Translations under genes and position numbers: made by a program
NCBI GenBank assembly: GCA_001778905.1
Contig: MFIQ01000001.1
Coordinates: forward strand, 9,539 to 60,577
DNA: 51,039 nucleotides
From: Candidatus Giovannonibacteria bacterium RIFCSPLOWO2_12_FULL_44_15
GTDB lineage: Bacteria; Patescibacteriota; Minisyncoccia; JACPKW01; UBA11713
Direction: 5' to 3'
The notes under the pieces: model-generated
The model's database searches: none
What the model saw: the letters and a program-made list of their open reading frames with translations, nothing else
What the model was told of the DNA's origin: nothing
Part shown: positions 35,103 to 44,822 of the stretch, piece after piece
Layout of the letters: the number at the start of each line of letters is the position of its first letter
Position numbering within the stretch: the first letter of the stretch is position 1

Positions 35103-37580
35103 ATGTCGGCGTATTCCAAGATCGAAAATAAATGGAGAAAATTGTGGCTAAAAGCAGGGGTTTACGAACCGGATTTAAAGAAAGCAAAAAAACCTTTCTA
35201 TAATTTGATGATGTTCCCATACCCTTCAGCGGAAGGGCTTCATATTGGGAGTGTCAGGACTTTTACAGGAGTTGATATCTATGGAAGGTTTAAAAGAATG
35301 CAGGGGAACGATGTTTTTGAGCCGATTGGACTGGATGGATTCGGGATCAATTCGGAGAATTTCGCGCTGAAAATCGGTGTGCATCCTTCGAGACAGGCGA
35401 AAATTTCCGAAAAAAATTTTTACCGCCAACTCGAAATGATCGGGAACAGCTTTGCATGGAGAGAAAAACTTGAAACTTACGAACCGGAATATTACAAGTG
35501 GACGCAATGGGTTTTTGTCCAAATGTTTAAAAAGGGTCTCGCTTACCGCAAGCGCTCTCCTGTGAACTGGTGTCCATCCTGCAGGACGGTTTTAGCGGAC
35601 GAACAAGTAATATCCGGGGAATGCGAAAGGTGCAGTGCGAAAATAGAGAAAAAAGATTTGGAGCAATGGTTTTTCAAAATTACCAACTATGCTGAAAGGC
35701 TTTTGGCGGGCTTGGACAAAATTAATTGGACAGAAAGCGTTAAAACCACGCAGAAAAATTGGATTGGCCGCTCCGAGGGATATTCTCTCAAATTTCCCTT
35801 AATCGGCATCCCAGGCGAGGAAGATAGGAAACACTCGATTGATATTTTTACAACGCGGCCGGATACTCTTTTTGGGGTGACTTTCATTGTGATTTCCCCC
35901 GAACTCGCAAAAAGATGGATTAACGACGGATGGCAAGTGTCGGGCGATGTCAAAAAATATATTGCGCACGCTCTTTCTTTACGCGGGAATATAAAACGAG
36001 GAGAAGAAGAAAAGTCAGGGGTATTTCCCGGGATACACGCGATTAACCCAGCCAATCAGGAGAAAATTCCCGTATGGATTTCTGATTACGTTTTGGACGC
36101 ATACGGAACAGGGGCGGTAATGGCTGTGCCGGCGCACGACAGCCGAGATTTTGAGTTTGCAAAAAAATTCAATTTAACTATTCGCGAAGTAATTTCTCCT
36201 GATGGGCGGGATCACGATTTAAGAGCGGCGTATACAGACCCGGGAGTTTTGATAAATTCCGCAAAATTCAATGGGACCAATTCCGAGAAGGCAAAGATTG
36301 AAATAACTAAGTTTGCAGGAGGGGATAGAAAAATAAACTACCGCTTGCGGGATTGGCTCATCTCACGCCAGCGCTATTGGGGTCCGCCCATCCCGATGAT
36401 ATTTTGCGATTTCTGCCATAAGTCTGGGAAGGGAGAAAGAAAAGAAATGCCTGGGTGGCATTCCGTTCCCGAAAAAAATCTCCCGGTCAAGTTGCCTTTT
36501 ATCAAAGATTACAGGCCGCAAGGGACGGGAGAATCCCCGCTGGCAAAAGAAAGAAAATTTTCCAAAGCGAGGTGTCCCATGTGCAAGAATTGGGCGCGCC
36601 GCGAAACAGATGTATCCGATACTTTTTTGGATTCAACGTGGTACTTTTTCCGCTATCTGGATACAAAGAATAAGAATAAGCCATTCGATAAGCAGAGCGC
36701 AAAAAAATGGTTGCCGGTTAATATGTATATTGGAGGGGCGGAGCATTCCGTTCTACACCTTCTTTATTCCCGTTTTATTACCAAAGCTTTTTTCGACTGG
36801 AAAATAATTAATTTCGACGAACCGTTTAAAAAATTTAGGGCGCATGGGCTTATCATCAAAGACGGCGCCAAGATGTCCAAGTCAAAAGGGAATATTGTCA
36901 ACCCGGACGGCTATTTTAAGGATTTTGGCGCGGATGTGATGAGGATATACTTGGCATTTATGGCGCCTCTGGAGCAAGGCGGGGATTTTCGCGATCAAGG
37001 TATTTCCGGCATTGACCGATTTCTTGTCCGCGTCGGTAAATTGAAAGCCAAATTAGCGAAAACTTCAAAAGAGGGGCTTAGTGAGAATTCAGAAAAACTG
37101 CTCCATAAATCCATAAAAAAAATCGGGGAGGATATTGAAAACCTTCATTATAATACGGCTATCTCGCAGCTGATGATTCTTTTAAGCGAGCTTGAAAAAC
37201 TGGCATCTCTGCCATGGCATTCTTACGATATATTTTTAAAACTGCTTGCGCCATTCGCACCGTATTTAAGCGAGGAACTTTGGCAGGAATTTTCCGCCAA
37301 AGGCGGACCAGCCTCTGGCTGGAAAAAGCAAAATTCTATTCATCTCGAACCTTGGCCAAAATTCGACCCAAAAAAAATAAAGGACGAAAGGTTTAAATTA
37401 ATTATTCAGGTAAATGGGAAAGTCCGCGCGGTTTTGGATGCCACAATCGGTATTTCGGAAAAGGCGGCGCTTGAAATGGCCATGGAAGATGAAAGCGTCA
37501 AAAAATATATTTCCTCGCTCGCCGGCTCTCCAAAGAAAACGATTTTCGTCCCGGACAAGTTATTAAATCTTGTGATATAA
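35103..37580 (+). CDS. leuS: Leucine--tRNA ligase
   Basis: MFPYPS, WIGRSEG, FTTRPDT, GTGAVMAVPAHD, DWLISRQRYWG, GGAEH, KMSKSKGN. Confidence 0.96.
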   Translation: MSAYSKIENKWRKLWLKAGVYEPDLKKAKKPFYNLMMFPYPSAEGLHIGSVRTFTGVDIYGRFKRMQGNDVFEPIGLDGFGINSENFALKIGVHPSRQAKISEKNFYRQLEMIGNSFAWREKLETYEPEYYKWTQWVFVQMFKKGLAYRKRSPVNWCPSCRTVLADEQVISGECERCSAKIEKKDLEQWFFKITNYAERLLAGLDKINWTESVKTTQKNWIGRSEGYSLKFPLIGIPGEEDRKHSIDIFTTRPDTLFGVTFIVISPELAKRWINDGWQVSGDVKKYIAHALSLRGNIKRGEEEKSGVFPGIHAINPANQEKIPVWISDYVLDAYGTGAVMAVPAHDSRDFEFAKKFNLTIREVISPDGRDHDLRAAYTDPGVLINSAKFNGTNSEKAKIEITKFAGGDRKINYRLRDWLISRQRYWGPPIPMIFCDFCHKSGKGERKEMPGWHSVPEKNLPVKLPFIKDYRPQGTGESPLAKERKFSKARCPMCKNWARRETDVSDTFLDSTWYFFRYLDTKNKNKPFDKQSAKKWLPVNMYIGGAEHSVLHLLYSRFITKAFFDWKIINFDEPFKKFRAHGLIIKDGAKMSKSKGNIVNPDGYFKDFGADVMRIYLAFMAPLEQGGDFRDQGISGIDRFLVRVGKLKAKLAKTSKEGLSENSEKLLHKSIKKIGEDIENLHYNTAISQLMILLSELEKLASLPWHSYDIFLKLLAPFAPYLSEELWQEFSAKGGPASGWKKQNSIHLEPWPKFDPKKIKDERFKLIIQVNGKVRAVLDATIGISEKAALEMAMEDESVKKYISSLAGSPKKTIFVPDKLLNLVI
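37293..37322 (+). repeat. 30-bp double-hairpin element in frame in leuS (SAKGGPASGW)
   Basis: tccgcc-aaa-ggcgga followed by ccagcc-tct-ggctgg. Confidence 0.75.
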
Positions 37581-37581
37581 C

Positions 37582-38274
37582 ATGAAAGCAGTAATACCTT
37601 CGGCGGGAGAGGGAATCCGCCTGCGCCCACTTACTCTTGATACACCAAAACAGCTTTTGGAGCTTCATGGGAAGCCTATCCTGGAGCATATTTTTGACTC
37701 ACTTCCGGACGAGATTGACGAGATAATTCTTGTTGTTGGCTATCTTGGGGATAAGATAGTTAAGCATTTTGGCACGAATTTTAAAGGTAGGAAAATTAAA
37801 TATGCTTGGCAGAAACAAAAGCGCGGCACATGGGATGCCCTATTGGCAGCGCGCAAGCATATCGGGAAGGGAAAATTTTTAATGCTTTACGGCGACGACA
37901 TCATCGATAAAAAAAGCATTAAAAAACTTTTAAAGCATGAGTTGGCGGTTCTGGCCAAAGAAGTTCCAGATCCTAGGAGATTTGGGGTAGTGGTTAAAGA
38001 TAAAAAAGGAAGGCTTTTGGAGTTGGTTGAAAAGCCGGAAAATCCGAAATCAAAATTAGCATTGACTGGTGTGAAAATATTGGACGAAAGGATTTTTCGC
38101 TATCCGGCCGCTAAACATAAAAACGGAGAATATTATGTGACGGATTCGGTTTCTAAGCTTGCCCGAGATCACGCGGTGATTGTGGAGGAGGCGGATACGT
38201 GGCTTTCTATTGCAACTCCCGAAGAATTAGCGCGTCTCAATGAAGATTTTAAAAATAAAAAAAGAAAAGCTTAA
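37582..38274 (+). CDS. Sugar-phosphate nucleotidyltransferase
   Basis: AGEGIRLRPLT, PKQLL, YGDD, FGVV, VEKP. Confidence 0.88.
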   Translation: MKAVIPSAGEGIRLRPLTLDTPKQLLELHGKPILEHIFDSLPDEIDEIILVVGYLGDKIVKHFGTNFKGRKIKYAWQKQKRGTWDALLAARKHIGKGKFLMLYGDDIIDKKSIKKLLKHELAVLAKEVPDPRRFGVVVKDKKGRLLELVEKPENPKSKLALTGVKILDERIFRYPAAKHKNGEYYVTDSVSKLARDHAVIVEEADTWLSIATPEELARLNEDFKNKKRKA

Positions 38275-38761
38275 AGAAGCAGTCCAGGAAGCGGTTTTAG
38301 CGCTTGAGGCGGGGGAGGTTGTAAAAGTCCCGACGGATACCGTCGCCGGCTTAATTTGCGATTACTATAATAAAAAAGCAGAGAAGGAGATATTCAGGTT
38401 AAAGAAGCGCCCGGAGGAAAAAATACTTTCGATTTTTGTTTCTTCTATCGCAGAAGCGAAAAAACTTGTTCCGGTAATTGAGCGCCAAGAAAAATTTTTA
38501 GCTAGAGTATGGCCTGGAAAAGTAACCTGCGTACTAAAAAAAGATATCGGAGGATTCAGAATTCCAAATGATGAATTTATTTTAGGACTTCTTCAAAAAT
38601 TTGGCGGCCCGCTTTTGCAGACTTCTGCTAATATTTCAGGCGAGCCAGCAGTAGGCGGATTGCCTTCGACAGTAGTGGATATAAGCGGCGATAAATTGAA
38701 AATTCTCCGAGAAGGCGCTGTTTCTGGAACCGAATTACAAAAAATCTGGGATATGCTATAA
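38240..38761 (+). CDS. tsaC: Threonylcarbamoyl-AMP synthase (TsaC/Sua5 family)
   Basis: PTDTV, LKKRPEEK, WPG, TSANISG, PSTVVD, LREGA. Confidence 0.88.
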   Translation: MKILKIKKEKLKEAVQEAVLALEAGEVVKVPTDTVAGLICDYYNKKAEKEIFRLKKRPEEKILSIFVSSIAEAKKLVPVIERQEKFLARVWPGKVTCVLKKDIGGFRIPNDEFILGLLQKFGGPLLQTSANISGEPAVGGLPSTVVDISGDKLKILREGAVSGTELQKIWDML

Positions 38762-38768
38762 ATTTTAT

Positions 38769-39944
38769 ATGCGCGATAAAGAAGTAGAAAAACTTATCAA
38801 AGCCGAAGAAAAGCGCCAAAAAAGCGTTATTAATTTAATACCGTCCGAGAACTATGTTTCGGATGATGTTCTGCGCGCACTAGGCTCGGTGTTGAATAAC
38901 AAGTATTCCGAGGGGTACCCTGGAGCGAGATATTATGGAGGGAATATTATCATCGATAAAGTTGAAGAGCTTTGCAAAAAACGCGCGCTTAAGCTTTTTA
39001 AATTGAATCCAGCCGAATGGCACGCGAATGTCCAGCCGCTTTCAGGATCTCCGGCGAATCTCGCGGTATATTCTGCGTTGGTCCCAATCGGCGGGAAAAT
39101 TATGGGCCTTCTTCTATCTTCGGGAGGGCATTTGACCCATGGGCAGAAAATGTCCATGACGGGGAAAATTTGGCAGCAAGTGCCTTACGAAGTTGATCCG
39201 AAGACAGAGACCCTTGATTATGAAGCGCTAAAAAAACTTGCGATAGCAGAGAAGACAAATATAATCGTCGCGGGATATACTGCGTACCCAAGATTTGTCG
39301 ATTGGAAAAAATTTAGGGAGATTGCGGATGCAGCGGGAGCGATTTTGATGGTTGATATGTCCCACATGGCAGGGCTTGTTGCAGGGGGAGTTTACCCAAG
39401 CCCCTTTCCTTATGCCGATGTTGTAACCACGACGACGCATAAGACTCTCCGCGGACCAAGATCAGCAATAATTTTTGCGAAGAAAGACGAACGGAGTTTT
39501 GATAAAAAAATTGATAAGGCAATTATTCCGGGACTTCAGGGAGGGCCGCACGAAAATGCTATAGCGGGGGTTGCAGTATGCCTGAAAGAGGCCATGAGCC
39601 CATCTTTTAAAAAATACGCCAAACAGATTATAAAAAATGCAAAGATTCTTGCGGGCGAACTTAAAAAAAGAGGATGGCGGATAATTTCCGGCGGAACCGA
39701 TTCGCATTTGCTCCTCGTCGATACTTGGATGAACGGAAAAGGATTATCCGGCAAAGACGCGGAAAGAGCTTTGGAGAAAGGCGGAATTATTGTAAATAAA
39801 AACACAATCCCGGGGGACCCCCGCGGGCCATTGGATCCCTCCGGAATCCGCCTCGGCACCCCTGCCATTACCACCCAAGGTATGAAAGAAAAAGATATGG
39901 CCAAAATCGCGGAGAAAATAGACAGGATTTTACACAAAAAATGA
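38769..39944 (+). CDS. glyA: Serine hydroxymethyltransferase
   Basis: LIPSEN, YSEGYPGARYY, GGHLTHG, TTTTHKTLRGPR, GLQGGP. Confidence 0.97.
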   Translation: MRDKEVEKLIKAEEKRQKSVINLIPSENYVSDDVLRALGSVLNNKYSEGYPGARYYGGNIIIDKVEELCKKRALKLFKLNPAEWHANVQPLSGSPANLAVYSALVPIGGKIMGLLLSSGGHLTHGQKMSMTGKIWQQVPYEVDPKTETLDYEALKKLAIAEKTNIIVAGYTAYPRFVDWKKFREIADAAGAILMVDMSHMAGLVAGGVYPSPFPYADVVTTTTHKTLRGPRSAIIFAKKDERSFDKKIDKAIIPGLQGGPHENAIAGVAVCLKEAMSPSFKKYAKQIIKNAKILAGELKKRGWRIISGGTDSHLLLVDTWMNGKGLSGKDAERALEKGGIIVNKNTIPGDPRGPLDPSGIRLGTPAITTQGMKEKDMAKIAEKIDRILHKK

Positions 39945-40756
39945 TTGTAGACGGAAAGGCCATCGCCCAGAAAATAAAATCCGCGCTCAAAGAAGAAATA
40001 TCTAGGTCCAAACGGAAAATACGCTTGGCGGTTTTGAAAGTTGGGGACGATCCCGTGACGGCAAAGTATCTCGAAGTGAAAAAGAAATTTGCTGAGGCGA
40101 TAGGGGTGGACGTGCGTATTTACGAAGTACCAGTTGATATTTCAAACAATAAATTACGAGAGAGATTATCTGAGATAGTGCATATCGAAGAAAATGACGG
40201 GGTAATCGTTCAACTTCCAATGCCGGCAGGGATAAATATGCAGTATATTTTGGATGCGATAACTCTGGAAAAAGATCCGGATATGCTCTCATCGAAAAGT
40301 TGGGGAAAATTCTCGACGGGTAAATCCAAAATTTTTCCGCCGGTCGTTGGCGCCATTAAAACTATTTTTGACGAGAATAAAACAGAATTGAAGGGGAAAA
40401 ACGCGGTTGTTGTCGGCGCTGGACGGCTTGTCGGGAAACCCGTTGCAGCTTGGCTTATTGGGGAAGGGACTACCGTTTCGGTGATTGATGAAAATACCAA
40501 AAATCCCGAGGATTACACAAAAAAAGCGGATATAATAATTTCAGGAGTTGGCAAGCCCAGACTAATAAAAGCGGATATGGTTCGGGACGGAGTCGTCGCG
40601 ATAGATTGCGGGACTTCCGAATCGTCTGGCACTGTTTCTGGGGATATTGATCTGGATGTTTCCAAAAAAGCTTCCACATTCGCTCCGGTTCCGGGCGGTG
40701 TCGGCCCGATAACGATCGCGATGCTTTTTAGAAACTTAATCGAGCTTTCGAAATGA
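39941..40756 (+). CDS. folD: Methylenetetrahydrofolate dehydrogenase/cyclohydrolase
   Basis: VQLPMP, VVVGAGRLVGKP, PVPGGVGPIT. Confidence 0.93.
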   Translation: MIVDGKAIAQKIKSALKEEISRSKRKIRLAVLKVGDDPVTAKYLEVKKKFAEAIGVDVRIYEVPVDISNNKLRERLSEIVHIEENDGVIVQLPMPAGINMQYILDAITLEKDPDMLSSKSWGKFSTGKSKIFPPVVGAIKTIFDENKTELKGKNAVVVGAGRLVGKPVAAWLIGEGTTVSVIDENTKNPEDYTKKADIIISGVGKPRLIKADMVRDGVVAIDCGTSESSGTVSGDIDLDVSKKASTFAPVPGGVGPITIAMLFRNLIELSK

Positions 40757-41235
40757 TTTACAGCAACCTCGTCATATTTTTCGGCAATTATCTGGCATGG
40801 ATTCTGGGCGCCGGCCTCGTTTTTTTTGTGATTTCGCAAAATAGAGAAAATTTCCGTGTTGCTATAGAAGCGCTTTTTGCCGGAATTCTTTCGCGTTTTG
40901 TTTTCGCGGAGATAATAAGATATTTTTATGATAAGCCGAGGCCGTTCGAAGTTGACGTTTCAATTCCCTTAATATTGCACGAAGTCGGGAAGTCGTTTCC
41001 ATCTGGGCACGCCGCATTCTTTTTTGCCGTTGCCACGACGCTATTTATTTATAACCGCAGATGGGGAATTGTATTTTTTATTGGGGCGATCGCGATGGGA
41101 ATCGGGCGCGTCTTGGCTCATATCCATTGGCCCATCGATATTTTAGGCGGGGCTTTGATAGGAATTGCGTCCGCCGCGATTATATGGAAAGTTATGCACA
41201 AACGGGGTTTGACGCGCAAAAGTGAAATAGCTTAG
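40753..41235 (+). CDS. PAP2 family phosphatase (undecaprenyl-diphosphatase-like)
   Basis: KPRPF, SFPSGH, GRVLAHIHWPID. Confidence 0.88.
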   Translation: MIYSNLVIFFGNYLAWILGAGLVFFVISQNRENFRVAIEALFAGILSRFVFAEIIRYFYDKPRPFEVDVSIPLILHEVGKSFPSGHAAFFFAVATTLFIYNRRWGIVFFIGAIAMGIGRVLAHIHWPIDILGGALIGIASAAIIWKVMHKRGLTRKSEIA

Positions 41236-41260
41236 TCTAATAGAGTTCTTCTTAAAACTG

Positions 41261-41370
41261 GTGCAGATTCTTGATTACGGGCGTAGGTTGGGGAAGTAGG
41301 TGCGAATCCTACACAGTGCCGCTACGGTAATCCGCCAATTAGGCGGAAAGTCCGATGGCCAACCCTGCAC
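41261..41370 (+). promoter_or_regulatory. Cobalamin riboswitch
   Basis: GGGAA-gtAGGTGcgAATCCTac-ACAG-tgCCGCtACgGTAA...AAGTCCGA core; closing helices gtgcag/ctgcac and ggttgg/ccaacc; upstream of DUF4430 genes. Confidence 0.85.
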
Positions 41371-41424
41371 GAATAGCATGTAACCCTCGAGCAAGGTCTA
41401 AACTTTATCAGATTTATTTTTGGT

Positions 41425-41446
41425 ATCCGCCTCGGGGCGGATTTTT
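41425..41446 (+). terminator. Riboswitch expression-platform terminator
   Basis: atccgcc-tcgg-ggcggat-tttt; cctcgag (41385-41391) can pair with ctcgggg as antiterminator. Confidence 0.7.
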
Positions 41447-41451
41447 GCGTT

Positions 41452-43038
41452 ATGAGTATAAAAATTAAAAATTATTTAGTTACCTCCGCACTTTTATCGG
41501 CTTTAATTTTATTGCCGTTATTTCCTGTTCGAGGGGATATTGATCAATCCCTAGTGTATCTAAAAACCAAAACTCAAAATCCATGGGTCACGATGGCTCT
41601 TTTTGCGGCTGGAGATAATTCTGACGTGGATTATCTCAAGTCGTTTATTGGCACTAACGCTTCTGATTATGAAGCCGCTATTTTAGCTTTAACGGCGGCA
41701 GGCAAAGACCCCAGATCTTTCCCGAACGAAAATTTAATCCAAAAACTTAAAAATTTTTACTCAAATGGACAAATCGGCGATCCGTCTTTACTGAACGATG
41801 ATATCTTTGGCTTGCTTGCCCTTTTGTCGGCCGTAGAGCCTATTAGCGATGAAGTGTTAAGCGGAGCAAGAGATTTTATTGTTAAAAATCAAAATGTGGA
41901 CGGGGGCTGGGCTTTCGCGCTGTCATCGGGAAGCGATACAAATATGACCGCGATGGCTATAATGGCTTTGCTCGAAGCCGGGGCCTCCAAGACAGACGCG
42001 AATATCTCCAAGGCGCTCATTTATCTCAAGAGCGCGCAGAATTCTGACGGAGGATTCCCTTATGATCCAAAAAGCCCCTTTGGGACAGATTCAGACGCTT
42101 CGTCAGACGCATGGGTGCTATCTGCCTTGAATAAACTTGGAGAAAATTTAAATGACTGGAAAAAAGACGGTCAAGGCTTATCCGAACATTTGTTAAGCCT
42201 TCAGACACCCGCCGGATATTTTGAATATCAAAAAGGCAGCGGTGAGGATGCTTTCAGCCCCATAACAACTTCTTATGCCGTAATTGCGCTTAGCAGGAAA
42301 TATTATCCGGTGTCAAAAAGTGCGCCTGCAGCGGATCCAGCAATAGGTTTTAAAATCGAAGGAAAAACTAAGGTATATTGCGAGGGCGAAGCGCAAGCTT
42401 CAGATGCTTTGGAATTAGTGAAAATAGCCGCTTCGAATTGCAATTTTACTTATAATATCAAAGATACTTCTTTCGGGCCGTATTTGGAACAGATTGGGGA
42501 TGATACGGTCTCTGGAACTGATGGCTGGCTCTATGCGGTGAACTTCATCTTGCCAAATATCGGCGCAGCGGATTACAAGCTAAAGAGCGGTGACTATGTT
42601 TTATGGCATTTTGGAGCATTTGATTGGCAGCCGCAAAGCACCTCAATAACTTTAAAAACAAAAGTTGGCGGCACTTCAGGAAGCCCAGGAGAAAATAATC
42701 CAAATCCGCCCGAGGACGAGATTTCGTTGAATTTATCAATCCCAGGAGCTGGGGGCAATTTGGATTTCGGAGATATACTGCCGGGTGATGCCAAAACTAA
42801 ATCCGTTAAGATTACAAATTCCGGGGATGTCCAGCTCTTTATTGAGGGGATCGTCACTGGGGATGGTATATTCAGAGATTATCTTAAGATAAACGATTTA
42901 TCTTGGCGGGATTTTGGGGCAAATCTTGGCGCTGGCGCGAGCGAAACCGAGAAGATTGGAATACAAATTCCAAGTTCGTATGCGAATCCCGGCGAGAAAG
43001 AAGGCCTCCTTATTTTTTGGGGAACATCCGGACAATGA
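41452..43038 (+). CDS. Secreted prenyltransferase/squalene-oxidase-repeat (alpha-alpha toroid) protein with DUF4430-like and Ig-like domains; transcobalamin-like
   Basis: Signal peptide; QNVDGGW and QNSDGGF repeats, DTNMTAMA; GWLYAVN...GAADYKLKSGD. Confidence 0.8.
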   Translation: MSIKIKNYLVTSALLSALILLPLFPVRGDIDQSLVYLKTKTQNPWVTMALFAAGDNSDVDYLKSFIGTNASDYEAAILALTAAGKDPRSFPNENLIQKLKNFYSNGQIGDPSLLNDDIFGLLALLSAVEPISDEVLSGARDFIVKNQNVDGGWAFALSSGSDTNMTAMAIMALLEAGASKTDANISKALIYLKSAQNSDGGFPYDPKSPFGTDSDASSDAWVLSALNKLGENLNDWKKDGQGLSEHLLSLQTPAGYFEYQKGSGEDAFSPITTSYAVIALSRKYYPVSKSAPAADPAIGFKIEGKTKVYCEGEAQASDALELVKIAASNCNFTYNIKDTSFGPYLEQIGDDTVSGTDGWLYAVNFILPNIGAADYKLKSGDYVLWHFGAFDWQPQSTSITLKTKVGGTSGSPGENNPNPPEDEISLNLSIPGAGGNLDFGDILPGDAKTKSVKITNSGDVQLFIEGIVTGDGIFRDYLKINDLSWRDFGANLGAGASETEKIGIQIPSSYANPGEKEGLLIFWGTSGQ

Positions 43039-43559
43039 TAAGGCCCACTCTGGTTATTGCAATCTTTTTTCTTGCCGTATCAAGCGTATATGCAATCGGA
43101 TTATCCGTATCTCCGCCCGAATTAAACGCTTCCGGAACGATTTTTAAGGCGGCATCTGCGAAATTCACCGTTAAAAATTCTTCGAACGAAGTTGCGCTTT
43201 TTGAAATTTATCCGGATGACTTTACGGGCGAGATAAAAATTTCTCCCGAAAGTTTCGTTTTGAATCCGGGGGATAAAAAAGAAATTTTAGCCGAGGCCGG
43301 CTTTAAAAAATCTGGCAAATATAGAACCGATATTTCCGTTGTCGCAAAACCGATGACTGGATCTTCCTTGAAGGCGGCCGGGGGGTTAAAAATCCCGTTC
43401 ACTGCCGATATAGGCGAGGAGAGATCTACGCAGTTGGGGCTCCTTATGTCTTCTATAAACATGGAGACCTTGATAATCCTCTCTGCAATATTTGCGCTTG
43501 GAATTTTGGTTTTCGGTTTGAAATATGGTTTTCAAAAGTTCAAAAAAGCTAAAAACTAG
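43035..43559 (+). CDS. Secreted Ig-like protein with C-terminal TM anchor
   Basis: Signal peptide, GLSVSP, ISPESFVLNPG, C-terminal TM plus basic tail; ATGA overlap with upstream gene. Confidence 0.65.
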   Translation: MIRPTLVIAIFFLAVSSVYAIGLSVSPPELNASGTIFKAASAKFTVKNSSNEVALFEIYPDDFTGEIKISPESFVLNPGDKKEILAEAGFKKSGKYRTDISVVAKPMTGSSLKAAGGLKIPFTADIGEERSTQLGLLMSSINMETLIILSAIFALGILVFGLKYGFQKFKKAKN

Positions 43560-43953
43560 TTTAGGAATCGGGGCAGTAGTTTTATTGTTAGTCGGTGGTG
43601 CGTATTTATATCCCCGCGTTTATTCGCCTACAGAAAATTTTGGCTCCGGGACAGCGTCTTTAATTGTCGATTTTGGCAATGGCCAGCGCGAGGTTTTTAC
43701 TGATGAGGAATTTAAGCAAGGCGAAAATTTGTTCGATTTCACGAAAAACGAACTTGAGCGAAAAAATATAAATTTCGAATTCCTGGAATACCCGTCTTTG
43801 GGGAAAATGGTGACCAAAATTGGGGACAAAAAAGGTAGCGCCGAGGATGGATATTGGCAGTATTGGGTAAATGGTGAATACGCATCTGTTGGAGCTTCGG
43901 ATTATTTGCTCAAACCCGGAGACAAAATCGAGTGGAAATTTTCTAAGTTGTAG
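43525..43953 (+). CDS. DUF4430 (transcobalamin beta-domain-like) membrane-anchored protein
   Basis: YPSLGKMVTKIG, YWQYWVNG, VGASDYLLKPGDKIEW. Confidence 0.85.
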   Translation: MVFKSSKKLKTSLGIGAVVLLLVGGAYLYPRVYSPTENFGSGTASLIVDFGNGQREVFTDEEFKQGENLFDFTKNELERKNINFEFLEYPSLGKMVTKIGDKKGSAEDGYWQYWVNGEYASVGASDYLLKPGDKIEWKFSKL

Positions 43954-44030
43954 CTTGTGCAGTATTCTTAAATTAGTCCGAACGCATTTTTCCGAAAAAA
44001 TCCCCCCGCGAAAATTCGGAAAGGCGGCGG

Positions 44031-44054
44031 CTTGTACTGAGCGAAGTCGAAGTG
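44031..44054 (-). repeat. 24-bp REP-like element, left inverted copy
   Basis: cttgtactgagcgaagtcgaagtg matches the reverse complement of 44799-44822 at 20 of 24 positions. Confidence 0.75.
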
Positions 44055-44100
44055 AGCCGTGCCGCTGACAATTTCAAGTTTTTCTTTGGCGGCAAATTCT

Positions 44101-44775
44101 CTAGGGTAGAGCACATTGGTAATTAGTCGTTTGCCATTCACACTTAAAAGGGAATTCACCGCTTGAATATGAAATACATTGTTCTTGAGACAATAACTTG
44201 ATACAGTCCTGCTCAACCTTAGACGAAGGCCTGGCTCCGGTACACACTACGCGACAATTATATCCGACTTGACTATCTGTTACATAAAAAAAGTGTTTGT
44301 TGCTCTCTCCATTCGTATTCATCACATAGACTTCATACCGACCAGCAGTAACCGGAATGTTTCTTATCTCATAGCAGGGACTGCCGCCTGGATGACACTC
44401 GTCTTGTTCGGCAGGAACAGCAAAAGATAACGTAACGCCGTCTGCAGAATTAAGATACCCAGAATAGTCTGTGCCGAATCTTACAACATTTTGAGTAGCA
44501 GTAAAACCAGAGCCTTTTATTGTCACCGACGTACCAATGGTACTAGAAGATGGAGAAAGATTATAAATTTGAGGACTCACTTTGTTTTTCTTCTGTGATG
44601 TCGTAGTTGTTGATGTTTGGGTCGGTGTTGTAGAGGTGGATATCGGCGGTGTTGGGGTAGAAGTTGGTACTGGTGGGGTTGTTGTTCGCTGGCTCAAAAC
44701 AAAATACCCAGCTATCCCAGCAATAACAACAATTCCTATGATAACTACAATATTTATAAATCCCTTTTGATTCAT
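44101..44775 (-). CDS. Surface protein with pilin-like N-terminus, Thr/Pro linker, IPT/TIG domain and Cys-rich tail
   Basis: MNQKGF plus hydrophobic stretch; PQIYNLSPSS-GTSVTIKGSGF (IPT/TIG); paired Cys. Confidence 0.75.
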   Translation of the reverse strand: MNQKGFINIVVIIGIVVIAGIAGYFVLSQRTTTPPVPTSTPTPPISTSTTPTQTSTTTTSQKKNKVSPQIYNLSPSSSTIGTSVTIKGSGFTATQNVVRFGTDYSGYLNSADGVTLSFAVPAEQDECHPGGSPCYEIRNIPVTAGRYEVYVMNTNGESNKHFFYVTDSQVGYNCRVVCTGARPSSKVEQDCIKLLSQEQCISYSSGEFPFKCEWQTTNYQCALP

Positions 44776-44798
44776 ATGATTAAAAAATTTTCTTCCCC

Positions 44799-44822
44799 CA
44801 CTTCGACCCTGCTCAGTGCAAG
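44799..44822 (+). repeat. 24-bp REP-like element, right copy
   Basis: cacttcgaccctgctcagtgcaag. Confidence 0.75.

Noticed and set aside
43968..44216. 82-aa minus-strand ORF
   Set aside because: Overlaps the IPT gene and runs through repeat sequence; likely not coding
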